A DNA stretch of 64,000 bases from Octopus bimaculoides (taxonomy: Eukaryota). Numbering within the stretch: position 1 is the first letter of the stretch; each line of letters opens with the position of its first letter. A model generated the notes under the pieces. That model made no database searches. It was not told where the DNA came from and saw only the letters and a program-made list of their open reading frames with translations. A program made the translations under genes and the position numbers. The stretch is taken from contig NC_068982.1 in assembly GCF_001194135.2 (NCBI RefSeq), positions 137,581,766 to 137,645,765 of the forward strand. The letters are read 5' to 3'. Shown one piece after another: positions 23,501 through 37,072 of this stretch.

Positions 23501-25242
23501 AAAAGGATATATAATACTCTATTCTTTTATCAATGTATGTATGTATAAATATATATATCATCATAATCATCATCATCATTGTTCAACGTCCGTTTTCCAT
23601 GCTGGCATGGGTTGGACAGTTCGACTGGGGTTTGGGAAATCATCATCATCATCATCGTTTAATGTCCGCTTTCCATGCTGGCATGGGTTGGACGATTTGA
23701 CTGAGGACTGGCAAGCCAGGAGGCTGCACCAGGCTCCAATCTGACCTGGCAAGGTTTCTACAGCTGGATGCCCTTCCTAAAGCCAACCACTCCGAGTGTG
23801 TAGTGGGTGCTTTATATGTGTGTGTGTGTGTGTAATTATAGGTTAGTTGCCCATAAATCAGGAAAAAAGGGTCTAGTTGGCCTGGGGCTATAGCAAAGAA
23901 CACTTTCCTAAGGTGCGACACAGTGGGACTGAACCTGAAACCGCACACATGCCTAGCAAGCTTCTCAGCTGTACAGCCATTTACAGTAATTTCATTTTAC
24001 TATAAAGTTTGTATTATTTTTAAGAGTAAATTACATGTAGTCATTATATGTAGGTTACAAGCAGAAGCAAAAGTGTTAAAACAAAAAACCGGAATTGTTT
24101 TGATGAAAAACGAACTGTTTCCCAAATAAACGTGTTTGGTGCAAAACTGAGCTACTTCTGTAAATTGTTCAAGGAAAACACTCCCGTTCATCAACCACAC
24201 CAGTCTCAGGGGGGTGACACGTAAAAGCACCCACTACACTCTCTGAGTGGTTGGCGTTAGGAAGGGCAGCCAGCTGTAGAAACTCTGCCAAATCAGACTG
24301 GAGCCTGGTGTTGCCATCCGGTTTCACCAGTCCTCAGTCAAATCGTCCAACCCATGCTAGCATGGAAAGCGGACGTTAAACGATGATGATGATGATGATG
24401 ATGATGATATGTGACAGATTTCTTTCAGTTTCTGTCTACCAAATCCACACACAATTCTTTGGTTGGCCTCTGGGACTGTAGAGTAGCAAACACTTGCCCA
24501 AAGTGCCATGCTTCAGAAGTGAACATCTTGACCACACAGCCAAACCTGTGCCTGTAATGGTCAAAGACTGATACCTACAACCAGGGTCATTTCACTTTAT
24601 TTAATATACACTTCACAGCTCTTTGGGATCAGCAAGTCATATTTGCTTCTTGTAACTGTTCTAAATAATTCTGACTCACTGAAACAAGGGTCTCTTGTAA
24701 CCACTTAACAGACGACATCAAACTCCTGCTGACTTCATTGCAGTGAACAGGTCTGAAGTAAAATCATCTGAAAATACTTGGAGATTTAATCATTTCAAAT
24801 TAATTCTAAATAACTGAAAATAATTGACCACTAAGAAACAAAATGATTGAGTGGATATCCTAACAAAATACTAAATTTTAGACTGCAAATTTAAGTTTAT
24901 GGTAAATGTTTTATTATATTTTTGATTTTTAATGTTCAAAAGTCATATCAGTTATGTGATATATTACTTTAATTAGTCAGCCATTGAAATACTAATTTAT
25001 GTATGTGTGCAAAAGCCAAGCCTTGTCATACAAAATTCTGCTGATTATATGTAAAGATTGCATTAAAGTCACATGTCTTAATGCAGTGCTAACCGAGTAA
25101 TATCTTTTATCTTTTACTTGTTTCAACCATTGGGTTGTGCCCATACTGGGGCACCATCTTAAAAGGTTTTCTTGGTTAAACGTAACTGCATGTGAATCAT
25201 TGGCAATTTTCTTCCTCCATCTTCATTTCTATTTACTTTCCT

Positions 25243-25278
25243 GTTTCTGAAGAAATGCGTCCGCTTGAAACGTTAAAC
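25243..25278 (+). ncRNA. Minimal type-I hammerhead-like motif with intact core
   Basis: gttt-CTGAAGA-aatgc gtcc gctt-GAAA-cgt-T-aaac. Helix I GTTT/AAAC, palindromic helix III ACGT, imperfect short helix II. Confidence 0.5.
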
Positions 25279-25384
25279 CATCTTTCTTTCCTTCCCTGAG
25301 CATCTGTTAATACTTTACATGTACCACGTCCTCGTGTTGTTACTGTTTTTTTTTTGTGTGTTTGTTCTTCTTTTTTGGGATTTA

Positions 25385-25423
<39 letters not shown>

Positions 25424-25769
25424 CACACACACACACACACACATATATATATGATCACTGTGTCATTGTATCTTCCTTGCATGCAGACCAACATTGTCCT
25501 TGAACGGAATGCCAGTCCATCACAGGGTTACCCATTTTCCCTTAAGTGGACAGGAGTAGTGTGAAATGAAGTATATTGTTGAAGAGCACAACGTGCCACC
25601 TGTCAAAACCATGATTTTGCAATTGTGAGAGTAACAACACCTTTACCACAAACTTCATGCTTTTACTTTGGCCTTGAGTCTTCACACACACATATGTATG
25701 TAGAATGTTGAAAAGTGACTTATGAATTGATATGTATAAGGAAAATAAGACAAGGTAGAAAATGTTAAA

Positions 25770-26101
25770 ATAATTTTATCACAAAATACATTTTGTAACA
25801 GTTAGTACCGGTTTCTGTCTTTTTGACTTTTTCAACTACGAGTAAAACAAAGGTGGACATTAATTGAGAAGAAAACCAATTAAATTGAAGAAAAAATTAA
25901 ATGAAATGTTTTGTAAATATTTCCATAGTCTTCAAATAGGACATTTTCCTTTATTCTGTGTCTCTCTCTTTTCCTTTGTGAAGTCTCATAAGGTGGGTAA
26001 GTGGGTAGTAGCAGATCTGCAACTACCCATCTTATGAGACTTCACAAAGAAAAAGAGAGAGAGGCACAGAAAAAAGGAAAATGTCCTACCTATTTGAAGA
26101 C
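25770..26101. mobile_element. Probable Penelope-like 3' end with fold-back (inverted) repeat
   Basis: Near-perfect hairpin 25928-26101 centred on gcagatctgc, plus a decayed hammerhead-like motif on the minus strand at ~25802-25842 (TTGAAAA-agtc..gac-a-GAAA-ccggt-A). Confidence 0.5.
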
Positions 26102-27155
26102 NNNNNNNNNNNNNNNNNNNNNNNNNNNNNNNNNNNNNNNNNNNNNNNNNNNNNNNNNNNNNNNNNNNNNNNNNNNNNNNNNNNNNNNNNNNNNNNNNNN
26201 NNNNNNNNNNNNNNNNNNNNNNNNNNNNNNNNNNNNNNNNNNNNNNNNNNNNNNNNNNNNNNNNNNNNNNNNNNNNNNNNNNNNNNNNNNNNNNNNNNNN
26301 NNNNNNNNNNNNNNNNNNNNNNNNNNNNNNNNNNNNNNNNNNNNNNNNNNNNNNNNNNNNNNNNNNNNNNNNNNNNNNNNNNNNNNNNNNNNNNNNNNNN
26401 NNNNNNNNNNNNNNNNNNNNNNNNNNNNNNNNNNNNNNNNNNNNNNNNNNNNNNNNNNNNNNNNNNNNNNNNNNNNNNNNNNNNNNNNNNNNNNNNNNNN
26501 NNNNNNNNNNNNNNNNNNNNNNNNNNNNNNNNNNNNNNNATATATATATATATATAAGACCATATACATATGCATTCATATACAAGCAAGCCTGGATGTG
26601 TGGTAAGAAGCTAGTTTCCCAACCACATGGTTCTGGATTCAGTCCCACTGCATGGCCCCTTGGGCAAGTGTCTTCTACTATAGCCTTGGGTTGACCAAAG
26701 CCTTGTGAGTGGAATTGGTAGACAGAAACTGAAAGAAGCCTGTTGTATATATGTATATATATGATATAAATAATATAAAACAAGTAAAAGAATAAAAGAA
26801 TATATATAAGCATGTTAATAATATATATATATATAGGCACATACACACATACATAGATGTGTGTGTGTGTGTCTTGATAGTGGCAGTGATGAATTATTTT
26901 CTTTCTCTAAGCTCCAAGAGTGAATCTGCAAAAACAATCTATGATGTTTAAGTATTAAGTATTTTTATGTGTATCTGTGAGTGTATATGTGTGTGTGTGT
27001 ATGGGTGCATACATACATACTTACATACATGCATACATGCATACATACATACATACATACTGCATATATATGTATGCATATATTTTTGTGTCTGTGTGTG
27101 TGTGTACAATTGTGTGTCTGTGTACAAGTGTGAGTATATCTATGTATGGGTATGT

Positions 27156-27196
<41 letters not shown>

Positions 27197-27714
27197 TATT
27201 TTTCTGTATTTTTACTCAATATGTTTATTCGTAATGTGTAAACGATCTCGGTGTAGCTTATTGCACTAAAACTTCCTCCCCTGCAAACTTGAACAAAAAA
27301 CAAAAAAATAAAGAAAGAAGGAAAAAAAACTAGTATAAAAAATAAAAAAGAAAACCCGTGACTAATAAGATGAAGACTTCAGCTGGAATGGTATTTAGTT
27401 GGGCACCAGGCCAGACACCGTATTGTAGAAATATGTCCTAATTACAGAATCTTTGAAATTTAAAGCGAAGATAGTTACTCAGTGAAAGGAAGGCCATTCA
27501 CCAACACGCTTGAATGGAAACTGTAAGGAAGCTCATTGTATATGTATCAATATCTTATGGTATTTATTCTGGTTGACTGATACAGGTGCATTTTTCTCCT
27601 TACCCTTACTATTCAAAATAGAGTGAGCCAATGATTGAACTATTAGCAATCTATAACCAATGTTATCAATAAAAATATGTGTTAATCACTGTTTCATCAT
27701 TGACTTAGTGTCCA

Positions 27715-28260
27715 CTAGTGCCCAAGATGCATGCAGAGTGAAAAAACTGTTCTGTACACTCTCATCCAGTGCCCAAGTATTTTGGACTTGTGGGTTTATG
27801 TCGAACACTTGTTGTCTCATGTAGGACAGATCCAGCTACCAGCTGAGTCCATTGTGGAAATAGTTCAACCCGCTTCCTTTGGCCAGGAAGGGCAGGCTGT
27901 TTTTCTTCACCTGGTAGCCTTAGCAAAAGAGGTTGTGTGGTGGACCAGACCGAAAGGGCTGAAGACAGATATTTTCCTCTTTGGCCAAGCCCTCTTCAAC
28001 TTTTTCCAGTATGACTTGAAAAACTAAAGTGAAAGTTGGGAGGGAAGTTTTTTATTCTCCGGCAATTTTGTTATAAGGTGAGTGAATGTTGCAAGAATGG
28101 CCCAAGTGAATGGGACTATTCTAAGCATGCATTTGTTGACAAAGTAGAGAGGGCGCTGGTAGTCAGGACTGTTGTGCACTTGGTTTTCCACAAGCAGTTC
28201 GAAAAGGCTTCCTTCTTTTGAGGAAATTTGTTATATTCAATTGTTTTTTTTTTTCATTGT
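27715..28260 (+). mobile_element. L1/Tx1-clade ORF2 C-terminus (zinc knuckle) and 3' end
   Basis: CPRCMQSEKTVLYTLIQCPSILDLW...AKEVVWWTR: a decayed CCHC knuckle typical of L1/Tx1 ORF2. Confidence 0.7.
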
Positions 28261-29049
28261 TTACATGACTTTCATGTAACCCCATATTGTATGTGTCCTA
28301 TGTTGTCCATAAGGCTATTTTTATGTAAACCCTTAGTGGTNNNNNNNNNNNNNNNNNNNNNNNNNNNNNNNNNNNNNNNNNNNNNNNNNNNNNNNNNNNN
28401 NNNNNNNNNNNNNNNNNNNNNNNNNNNNNNNNNNNNNNNNNNNNNNNNNNNNNNNNNNNNNNNNNNNNNNNNNNNNNNNNNNNNNNNNNNNNNNNNNNNN
28501 NNNNNNNNNNNNNNNNNNNNNNNNNNNNNNNNNNNNNNNNNNNNNNNNNNNNNNNNNNNNNNNNNACAACCATATGTGCGCGACATGGTGATCTCATATC
28601 AAGATAAACAGCGCATGACCTTGCTGGTGGGGCCCAGTTAGAATTTTCTTCAGGTCGAGTAGCCCATCCCGCTCAAAAGGTCCCTGAAAAAGGTTTGTTT
28701 AAGGATGCTGAGCAAAACACCCATGTTTCCAAAGGTGAATTATCCAAACCTCAAAGAATTTCTCTCAACACATGGCTATGATGCTCCCCCACTACTTCTG
28801 CTCATGATCAGAGATGCACATATCGTCAGCCACCAAGGTACATGCTCAACTGGTTGTGGTCAAACAACCGACAAGCAAATCTGTGGTATTGAGCAGAATA
28901 TATGCTGTAGCCCATCTTTTTATACCAAGACAAAACAATGTACATGATAACACTTCCAATGAGTTAAGATGAAAAGCCATGAAAGCCAATGCCAGGTACT
29001 GTATCAGGGCATTCATTATTATTATTATTATTATTATTACTATTATTAT

Positions 29050-29345
29050 ATGTTTGACTTATTTGTACAAGTCGGCTCCAAGTACCATCCAGAGACCTCA
29101 AGAGACAGGTTAGAAGTTCATTTTGGAGTTATGTTTAGGGTGCCATATGTTTGGTTTTGTACATAGTGTTGTTCTAGAGAATGTTTAAGAAACCATAAGA
29201 AAATTATGTGTTTGTTTTAAAATTTGAGATCACATAGACAGTATTTTACGTAGGATAAGGGCAGTTCCCATGAGCACTATCTTCTGCCCCTTTTGCTATC
29301 ATTCCTTGGGCACCTATGACAATAGGTATTGTTTTCATCATCAGG
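29050..29345 (-). mobile_element. R4/Dong-like RLE non-LTR retrotransposon 3' fragment embedded in (TAA)n
   Basis: Minus strand gives KTIPIVIGAQGMIAKG and QKIVLMGTALILRKILSM*, the C-terminal motifs of R4-clade RLE proteins. Both flanks are TAA repeats. Confidence 0.65.
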
Positions 29346-29544
29346 TTTTACATTTTGCTATTTATTATTTATTATTATTGTTGTTGTTGTTGTTATTATT
29401 ATTATTAATTTGTTTAAACTATAGAGAAATAATAATAATAATAATAATAATTAATTCTTTTATTGGTCACAAGGGCTAAATCAAAACATTGTCCTTTAAT
29501 GTTTGATTTATATTAGCCCTTGTGACCAATAAAAGAATTAATTA

Positions 29545-29601
<57 letters not shown>

Positions 29602-30019
29602 GTTGTTATTATTGTTATTTCTCCATAGTTTAAGCTAGTTACGGTCTGGTCATATTACTATAATCATCTGCAGCAATTCGTCTGGAGGTATGTTATGATT
29701 CAGCTATGTTTCAGTTGATGTTACCATTTAACTAACTTCGTGAAAAAAACAATTCCTCTTTTAGAAGTATTTTGTTCTTTTTTATAAAGTTTTCTCTTCT
29801 GAACAGTGAAACAGTGGTAGAACCACTGACGAGGTTCCATACCTACAGCTGCTGTTTAAAAATAAACATGGGATTTCCTTCCAGTCTTATTTTCTTCTTT
29901 GTTTTGTTTTGTTTTGTTTTGGCAGTCGTACAAGATTCTGAGAGAGAGAGGGGGGAGTGTGGGTGTATATGAATGCTTGCATATCTGACAGTCTCGATAT
30001 CTATCTGTTTGTTTATCTG

Positions 30020-30080
30020 TCAGTCTGCTGGTCTATCTGTCTATCTATCTATCTATCTATTTGTCTGTCTATCTATCTTC

Positions 30081-30122
<42 letters not shown>

Positions 30123-30175
30123 GTCTGTCTATCTATCTATCTATCTCCCTTTCTGTCTATCTATCTATCTTTTCC
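30020..30175. repeat. (TATC)n/(TGTC)n microsatellite
   Basis: Directly visible. Other large microsatellites include (TG)n 911-1000, compound 22205-22345, (TATG)n 35295-35455 and (GATA)n 36745-36866. Confidence 0.95.
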
Positions 30176-31171
30176 CTTCTCTGTTGTGTGTATACACATA
30201 CATACACACACATCATCATCATCATCATCATCGTTTAACGTCCGCTTTCCATGCTAGCATGGGTTGGACGATTTGACTGAGGACTGGTGAAACCGGATGG
30301 CAACACCAGGCTCCAGTCTAATTTGGCAGAGTTTCTACAGCTGGATGCCCTTCCTAACGCCAACCACTCAGAGAGTGTAGTGGGTGCTTTTACGTGTCAC
30401 CCGCACGAAAACGGCCACGCTCGAAATGGTGTCTTTTATGTGCCACCCGCACAAGCCAGTCCAGGGGCACTGGCAACGATCTCACTCGAAAATCCTACGG
30501 GAGCCAGTCAGGCGGTACTGGCAACGGCCACGCTCATGTACATACATATATGCACACTCACACACACACACAAGATGGTCACTCTTATTGATTTCGACAT
30601 ATGAGTGTTTGAAGGAGAGGATTTAAAAAAAACAAAATGATAAAAGAGAGAGAGAAAATAAAAGGAAAAAAGTTAAATTTAGAAATAAAAGATGCATCTA
30701 TTTACGATGGATACGTGAATATACACTCGTATTATGAGTGTATGTATATGCACATACACATATATGTGTGTTTATACATACATACATATATGTGTGTGTG
30801 TGTGTGTGTGTGTATACATATATGTATATATATATGTGGTTAGGGCAGCGGACTCGTGGTCATAGGATCGCGGTTTCGATTCCCAGACCGGGTGTTGTGA
30901 GTGTTTATTGAGTGAAAACACCTAAAAGCTCCACGATGCTCCGGCAAGGGATGGTAGCGAACCCTGCTGTACTCTTTCACCACAACTTTCTCTCACTCTT
31001 ACTTCCTGTTTCTGTTGTGCCTGTAATTCAAAGGGTCAGCCTAGTCACTCTGTGTCACGCTGAATATCCCTGAGAACTACGTTAAGGGTACACGTGTCTG
31101 TGGAGTGCTCAGCCACTTGCATGTTAATTTCACGAGCAGGCTGTTCCATTGATCGGATCAACTGGAACCCT

Positions 31172-31213
<42 letters not shown>

Positions 31214-33052
31214 TATGAATACATCCATACATACATATAGATTACAAGTTCAGGTTTTTACCTGTAATTACTGGGGCCCTGGGATATGTAACACACTGCC
31301 AAAATACCAATCTTGAGAAATTAAGCTTCACAAAACCAGAAAAGGTGAAACTGACTTGAAAACTACAGATCCAAGCCATCATTAGAACTGCAAAAATCTG
31401 TAGAACTTTCCAGAAGTTTATCATTTAAGTATGTATGTGCCATGTGTAGATGTGCAACTATACTCTCACTTTTACTCTTTTACTTGTTTCAGTCATTTGA
31501 CTGCAGCCATGCTGGAGCACCACCTTTCGTCGAGCAAATCGACCCCCAGGACTTATTCTTCGTAAGCCTAGTATTTATACTATCAGTCTCTTTTGCCGAA
31601 CTGCTAAGTGACGGGGACGTAAACACACCACCATAGGTTGTCAAGAGATGTTGGGGGGGACAAACACAGACACACAAACATATACACACACACAGATATA
31701 TATATATATATATATATATATACATTATGTACATATATACGAAACATTGCCTGATCAGATTGGAGCCTGGTGCAGCCACTGGCTCTCCAGATTCACTCAA
31801 ACCATCCAATTCATGCCAGCATAGAAAACGGGCATTAAATGATGATGAACATATATACAACAGGCTTCTTTCAGTTTCTGTCTACCAAATCCACTCACAA
31901 GGCTTTGGTCGGCCCAAGGCTATAGTAGAAGACACTTGCCCAAGGTGCCATGCAGTGGGAATGAACCCGGAATCATGTGGTTGGTGAGCAAGCTACTTAT
32001 CACACAGCCACTTCTGTGCCTATGCATGCAAATACATACATAAAGAAAAAATGCAAATCTGCACCTGCACTGACTCCAAATACTGCACATATGCACACAC
32101 CTACATGCAAAAATAACTCTGTTGATGTTGTTGAAATTCCAATGGAGGGGCCTTGAATCTAGGGTAGAAACCAGCTCTTTCTTTATTGGCAAGAAATCAT
32201 GAAATAAAACTGGATAATGACAAACAGACAAACAAACAAACAGACTGGCAGGCAGGGAGGCAGGAAGGAAGGCAGACATACAGACAGACAAGCAGTTACA
32301 AAATCTGAGTCCTAAGGTCCTTTATTCGCCTGATCCATGAAACAGATGACTAATAAATGTATCCACTCGAGTCAACACCCTTGTTGAGTCCTCACTTGGA
32401 CTAAGGGCTTCAGAGCTCCATACTAGGCATAGTCCATCCCCGCTGTCCACTCCCCCTGTCCAATCCCCACTGTCACTTCACCTATACCCACACACCTACT
32501 ATACCTTGAGGGTGTCTCCTGACACATCTCCACCACCATCCCTCTCCCCCTCTGCCTTTCTAAGTCTCTCTTTCTCTCCTTTCTTTTCCAACTGGGATAT
32601 CCTTGTATCTCTTCTCCAACCAGACACCTTTCTCTATTGTTCTTTTAACCTGTCATCAACAGGTACAAATCCACCTCCCTCAGTATTATTTCTCTTCCCA
32701 GTCAAGGGGTCTTTGTCTGGCAAATTATTTGGTGATCCCCACCAGTGGTGGTGCCATGTAAAAAGCACCCGTTACACTCTGTAAAGTGGTTGGTATGAGG
32801 AAGGGCATCCAGAAGTAGAAACCCTGCCAGAGCTGACAATGGAGCTTGGTACAGGTCTCTGGCTTGCCTACACTTGACAAAGTATCCAACCCATGCCGGC
32901 ATGGAAAACAGATGTTAAATGATGATGATGATAAAATGTGTGTGTCTGTGTGTATTTTGTGTATGTGTGTGTGTGCACGTGTATGTGTATATATATATGT
33001 GTGTGTGTCTTGGATGTGTGTGTATATGTGTGCATGTGTGTACACTTGTGTA

Positions 33053-33107
<55 letters not shown>

Positions 33108-35781
33108 NNNNNNNNNNNNNNNNNNNNNNNNNNNNNNNNNNNNNNNNNNNNNNNNNNNNNNNNNNNNNNNNNNNNNNNNNNNNNNNNNNNNNNNNNNNNN
33201 NNNNNNNNNNNNNNNNNNNNNNNNNNNNNNNNNNNNNNNNNNNNNNNNNNNNNNNNNNNNNNNNNNNNNNNNNNNNNNNNNNNNNNNNNNNNNNNNNNNN
33301 NNNNNNNNNCGTGTGTGTATATATGTGTGTTTGGATATATATATATATGTTTGTGTATGTGTGTGCCTATATGTGTGCTTGTATATATATATATATATAC
33401 CTATATATCTATATATATATTTGTGTATGTATATATATGTGTGTTTGGATATATATATGTGTATGTGTGTATATATATGTATGTTTGTGTATGTGTGTGT
33501 ATATATGTATGTTTGGATATATATATATATATATATGTTTGTGTATGTGTGTGTATATATGTGTGTTTGGATGTGTGTGTGTTTGTGTATGTGTGTGTAT
33601 ATATGTGTGTTTGGATGTGTGTGTGTGTGTATGTGTGTTACTGTCTTTGCCTTGACATCAAATGATAATTGTAAACAAGTGTCGATGATGATGACCACGA
33701 TGATGAGGATGATCACACATACATGCACATACAGACACACACACATGCAGTGTGCAAGAAGAGAGATGACTGTGCTAATATGAGAAAGTGATGCATAGAA
33801 AAGATGACATCTGTTATAATGAAATGCCAAGTGCTCAGAGTATATTGAACCTGTGCCTCTGATTCTGTTTCATTCCTACTCTGATGTCATTAACCTCTCG
33901 TCTACGTTGGCTAGTATATCCCTACCTGATGTCATTAACCTATAGAATATGTCGGGTGGTACATCTTTACCTTGATGTTTTTAATCCTCAGACTATGCTG
34001 GGTGGTACATTCTTCAGTCAATAGTTTATTTTAAAATGGAGAAAAACAATGAGAACTAGTGAATCATCATCATCATTTAACGTCCATTGTTCATGCTGGT
34101 ATGGGTTGGACAGTTTGCCCAAGGCTGGTAAGCTGGAAGGCTGCACCAGACCCCAGTCTGATTTGGGATGGTTTTCTACGGTTGGATGCCCTTCCTAATG
34201 CCAACCACACTCCAAGAGTGTAATGGGTGCTTTTACATGTCACTGGCACGGGTGCCATTTGTGTGACACCAGAGTGCGTTTATATGCCAGCAGCAAGGGT
34301 GCCAATTTGTGTGACACTGGTATCTGTCACGACTGTGATTTTGCTTGGCTTGATGGGTCTTCTTCTCAAGCACGACATAATGCCAAAGGCCTTCGTCATT
34401 GCCTCTGTGAGGCCCAACACTCGAAAGGAACTCGGCCACCTCACCTCTATGAGTCCCAATGCTCAAAAGGAATTCAGCCACCTTGTCTCCATGAGGCCTG
34501 ACACTCGAAAGGAACTCAGCCATCTCGCCTTTGTGACGCCCAACCCTTGAAAGGAACTCAGCCTATTTGCCTGAATGTTAATTGCATAATGATAATGATT
34601 TTGATTACTAATTAATAGTTGTGTGTTCCATCATTCCCATATGGTTAGCTTCATTAATTTTACTTTACCAATTGCTTTTATATGATTATGGATGAGCCAA
34701 CAAGGGAGCCTGTTTATGGTGATTTAATCAGCTAGAAGTAGCAACTAAATTGTTGTCAAATTACACTGCACCATCTTAGAAAGGATATACATTGGGTAAT
34801 ATAGACTGGGGGACAGTTTTCCTAAAGTTGTGAGTTAAATGTCTTAATTTTAAGTCTACTCACTAAGGATCTTCAATAAAAACAACAACAGCAACGACAT
34901 ATAATTAATATGATTTTTTTTAAAGTTATATAAATACTCCGTAGACCATATAGAGATTTTCAGGAATTGGGTTTAACTTTGGTTACATAGAATTATGCAG
35001 ATAAGGGATAAACTTTTTCTAGGAGAGGAAAATGATTGGCAGGATCTATGTCTAGTGGTGGTTTGATCTTAGGAAGGTCCTGTGCATGTGAACCTTTTCC
35101 AGTGCTATCTCTATACAACCTGGGAGGGCCTGCACCCTTCACTGTAAAGTAGATTACTGGAACTTCAGCTACCATGACTAGACAAGGGTTGAATACTGGT
35201 GTGAGTCACCAGTGCCTTCTCAAGGCAGGTGGGATTTGAACTCAGAATGTAGAGAGCCGGAAGATATACAGCATTTCTGCTGATGCTTATTTATGTATAT
35301 GTATGTATGTATGAGTGTCTGTGTGTATGTATGTATGTATGTATGTTTGTTTATATGTGTGTGTGTATGTATGTATGTATGTATGTATGTATGTATGTGT
35401 GTATGTATGTATGAATGTATGTATGAATATATGTATGTATGAATGTATGTATGTATGCTGTGCTGGATGGGGGTGCTGGGCTCCCTGTTTGAAAATGTAA
35501 GGACATAGATATTGTGTCATATAACCAGCTGGAAACAATATTTCCTGAGGCTAAACAACAGTAACAATCATTCCATCCAGGATGAAGAGCATAGGCTCAA
35601 AATGTAAAGGACTTTCTCCACTTTCTGAGCGTTAAACTAATACACCTGTTTGTTGTTTACACACCTGTCTTTATCTTTTGCTTTTTTGTAAATTCCAACT
35701 ATATATATATATACATAAATTCCAACTATATATATATATATATATACATAATATATATATATATATATATATATATAGTAA

Positions 35782-35891
35782 TAGTAGTACCTCGGTTTTC
35801 AAATACCTCTGATCACAAATAAATCTTGCTTTATATAGATAAAGCATGATTTATTTGTGACCAAAAGCATTCGTAAACTGAGGTACAACTG
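35782..35891. mobile_element. Short palindromic pogo/Tigger-type MITE
   Basis: tagtagtacctcggttttcaaa ... ttcgtaaactgaggtacaactg|ta with arms of about 50 bp; a third partial arm at ~35920-35968. Confidence 0.6.
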
Positions 35892-36709
35892 TATTAAATG
35901 AATATCAGAAAGACAGGAGATAAAGCACGATTTATTTGTGATCAGAAGTATTCGAAAACCAAGGTCTTGGTGGCAGCAATGAGGGCNNNNNNNNNNNNNN
36001 NNNNNNNNNNNNNNNNNNNNNNNNNNNNNNNNNNNNNNNNNNNNNNNNNNNNNNNNNNNNNNNNNNNNNNNNNNNNNNNNNNNNNNNNNNNNNNNNNNNN
36101 NNNNNNNNNNNNNNNNNNNNNNNNNNNNNNNNNNNNNNNNNNNNNNNNNNNNNNNNNNNNNNNNNNNNNNNNNNNNNNNNNNNNNNNNNNNNNNNNNNNN
36201 NNNNNNNNNNNNNNNNNNNNNNNNNNNNNNNNNNNNNNNNNNNNNNNNNNNNNNNNNNNNNNNNNNNNNNNNNNNNNNNNNNNNNNNNNNNNNNNNNNNN
36301 NNNNNNNNNNNNNNNNNNNNNNNNNNNNNNNNNNNNNNNNNNNNNNNNNNNNNNNNNNNNNNNNNNNNNNNNNNNNNNNNNNNNNNNNNNNNNNNNNNNN
36401 NNNNNNNNNNNNNNNNNNNNNNNNNNNNNNNNNNNNNNNNNNNNNNNNNNNNNNNNNNNNNNNNNNNNNNNNNNNNNNNNNNNNNNNNNNNNNNNNNNNN
36501 NNNNNNNNNNNNNNNNNNNNNNNNNNNNNNNNNNNNNNNNNNNNNNNNNNNNNNNNNNNNNNNNNNNNNNNNNNNNNNNNNNNNNNNNNNNNNNNNNNNN
36601 NNNNNNNNNNNNNNNNNNNNNNNNNNNNNNNNNNAGTGTCTTCTGCTTTAGCCCCAGGCCACCCAATGCCTTGTAGTGGATTTAGTAGATGGAAACTGCA
36701 AGGAAGTTT

Positions 36710-36780
<71 letters not shown>

Positions 36781-36809
36781 GTAGATAGATAGACAGATAG
36801 ATAGGTAGG

Positions 36810-36841
<32 letters not shown>

Positions 36842-37072
36842 AAGATAGATAGATAGATAGGTAGATGGTTTCGATCTAGTTTGGATTCTTTGTCATCAAA
36901 TTTGATGGCAAAGTATTCAAATTTGATTGCAAAGAATCCAAACTAGACTAAAAACATCTATATATAATATAGATGGCCTGTTAGCAATTCAAACCTAAAG
37001 GCAAATTTATAAACAAGGGTACAAAATAGTACCAGCATTGCTAGAAACAAGAGTCAAAAATGACTCAAGAAG

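Noticed and set aside
30270-30300. CTGAGGA...GAAA in family-B SINE copies (gactgaggactggtgaaacc)
   Set aside because: The 5 nt between the half-cores cannot form helix II, and there is no NUH or helix I in register.
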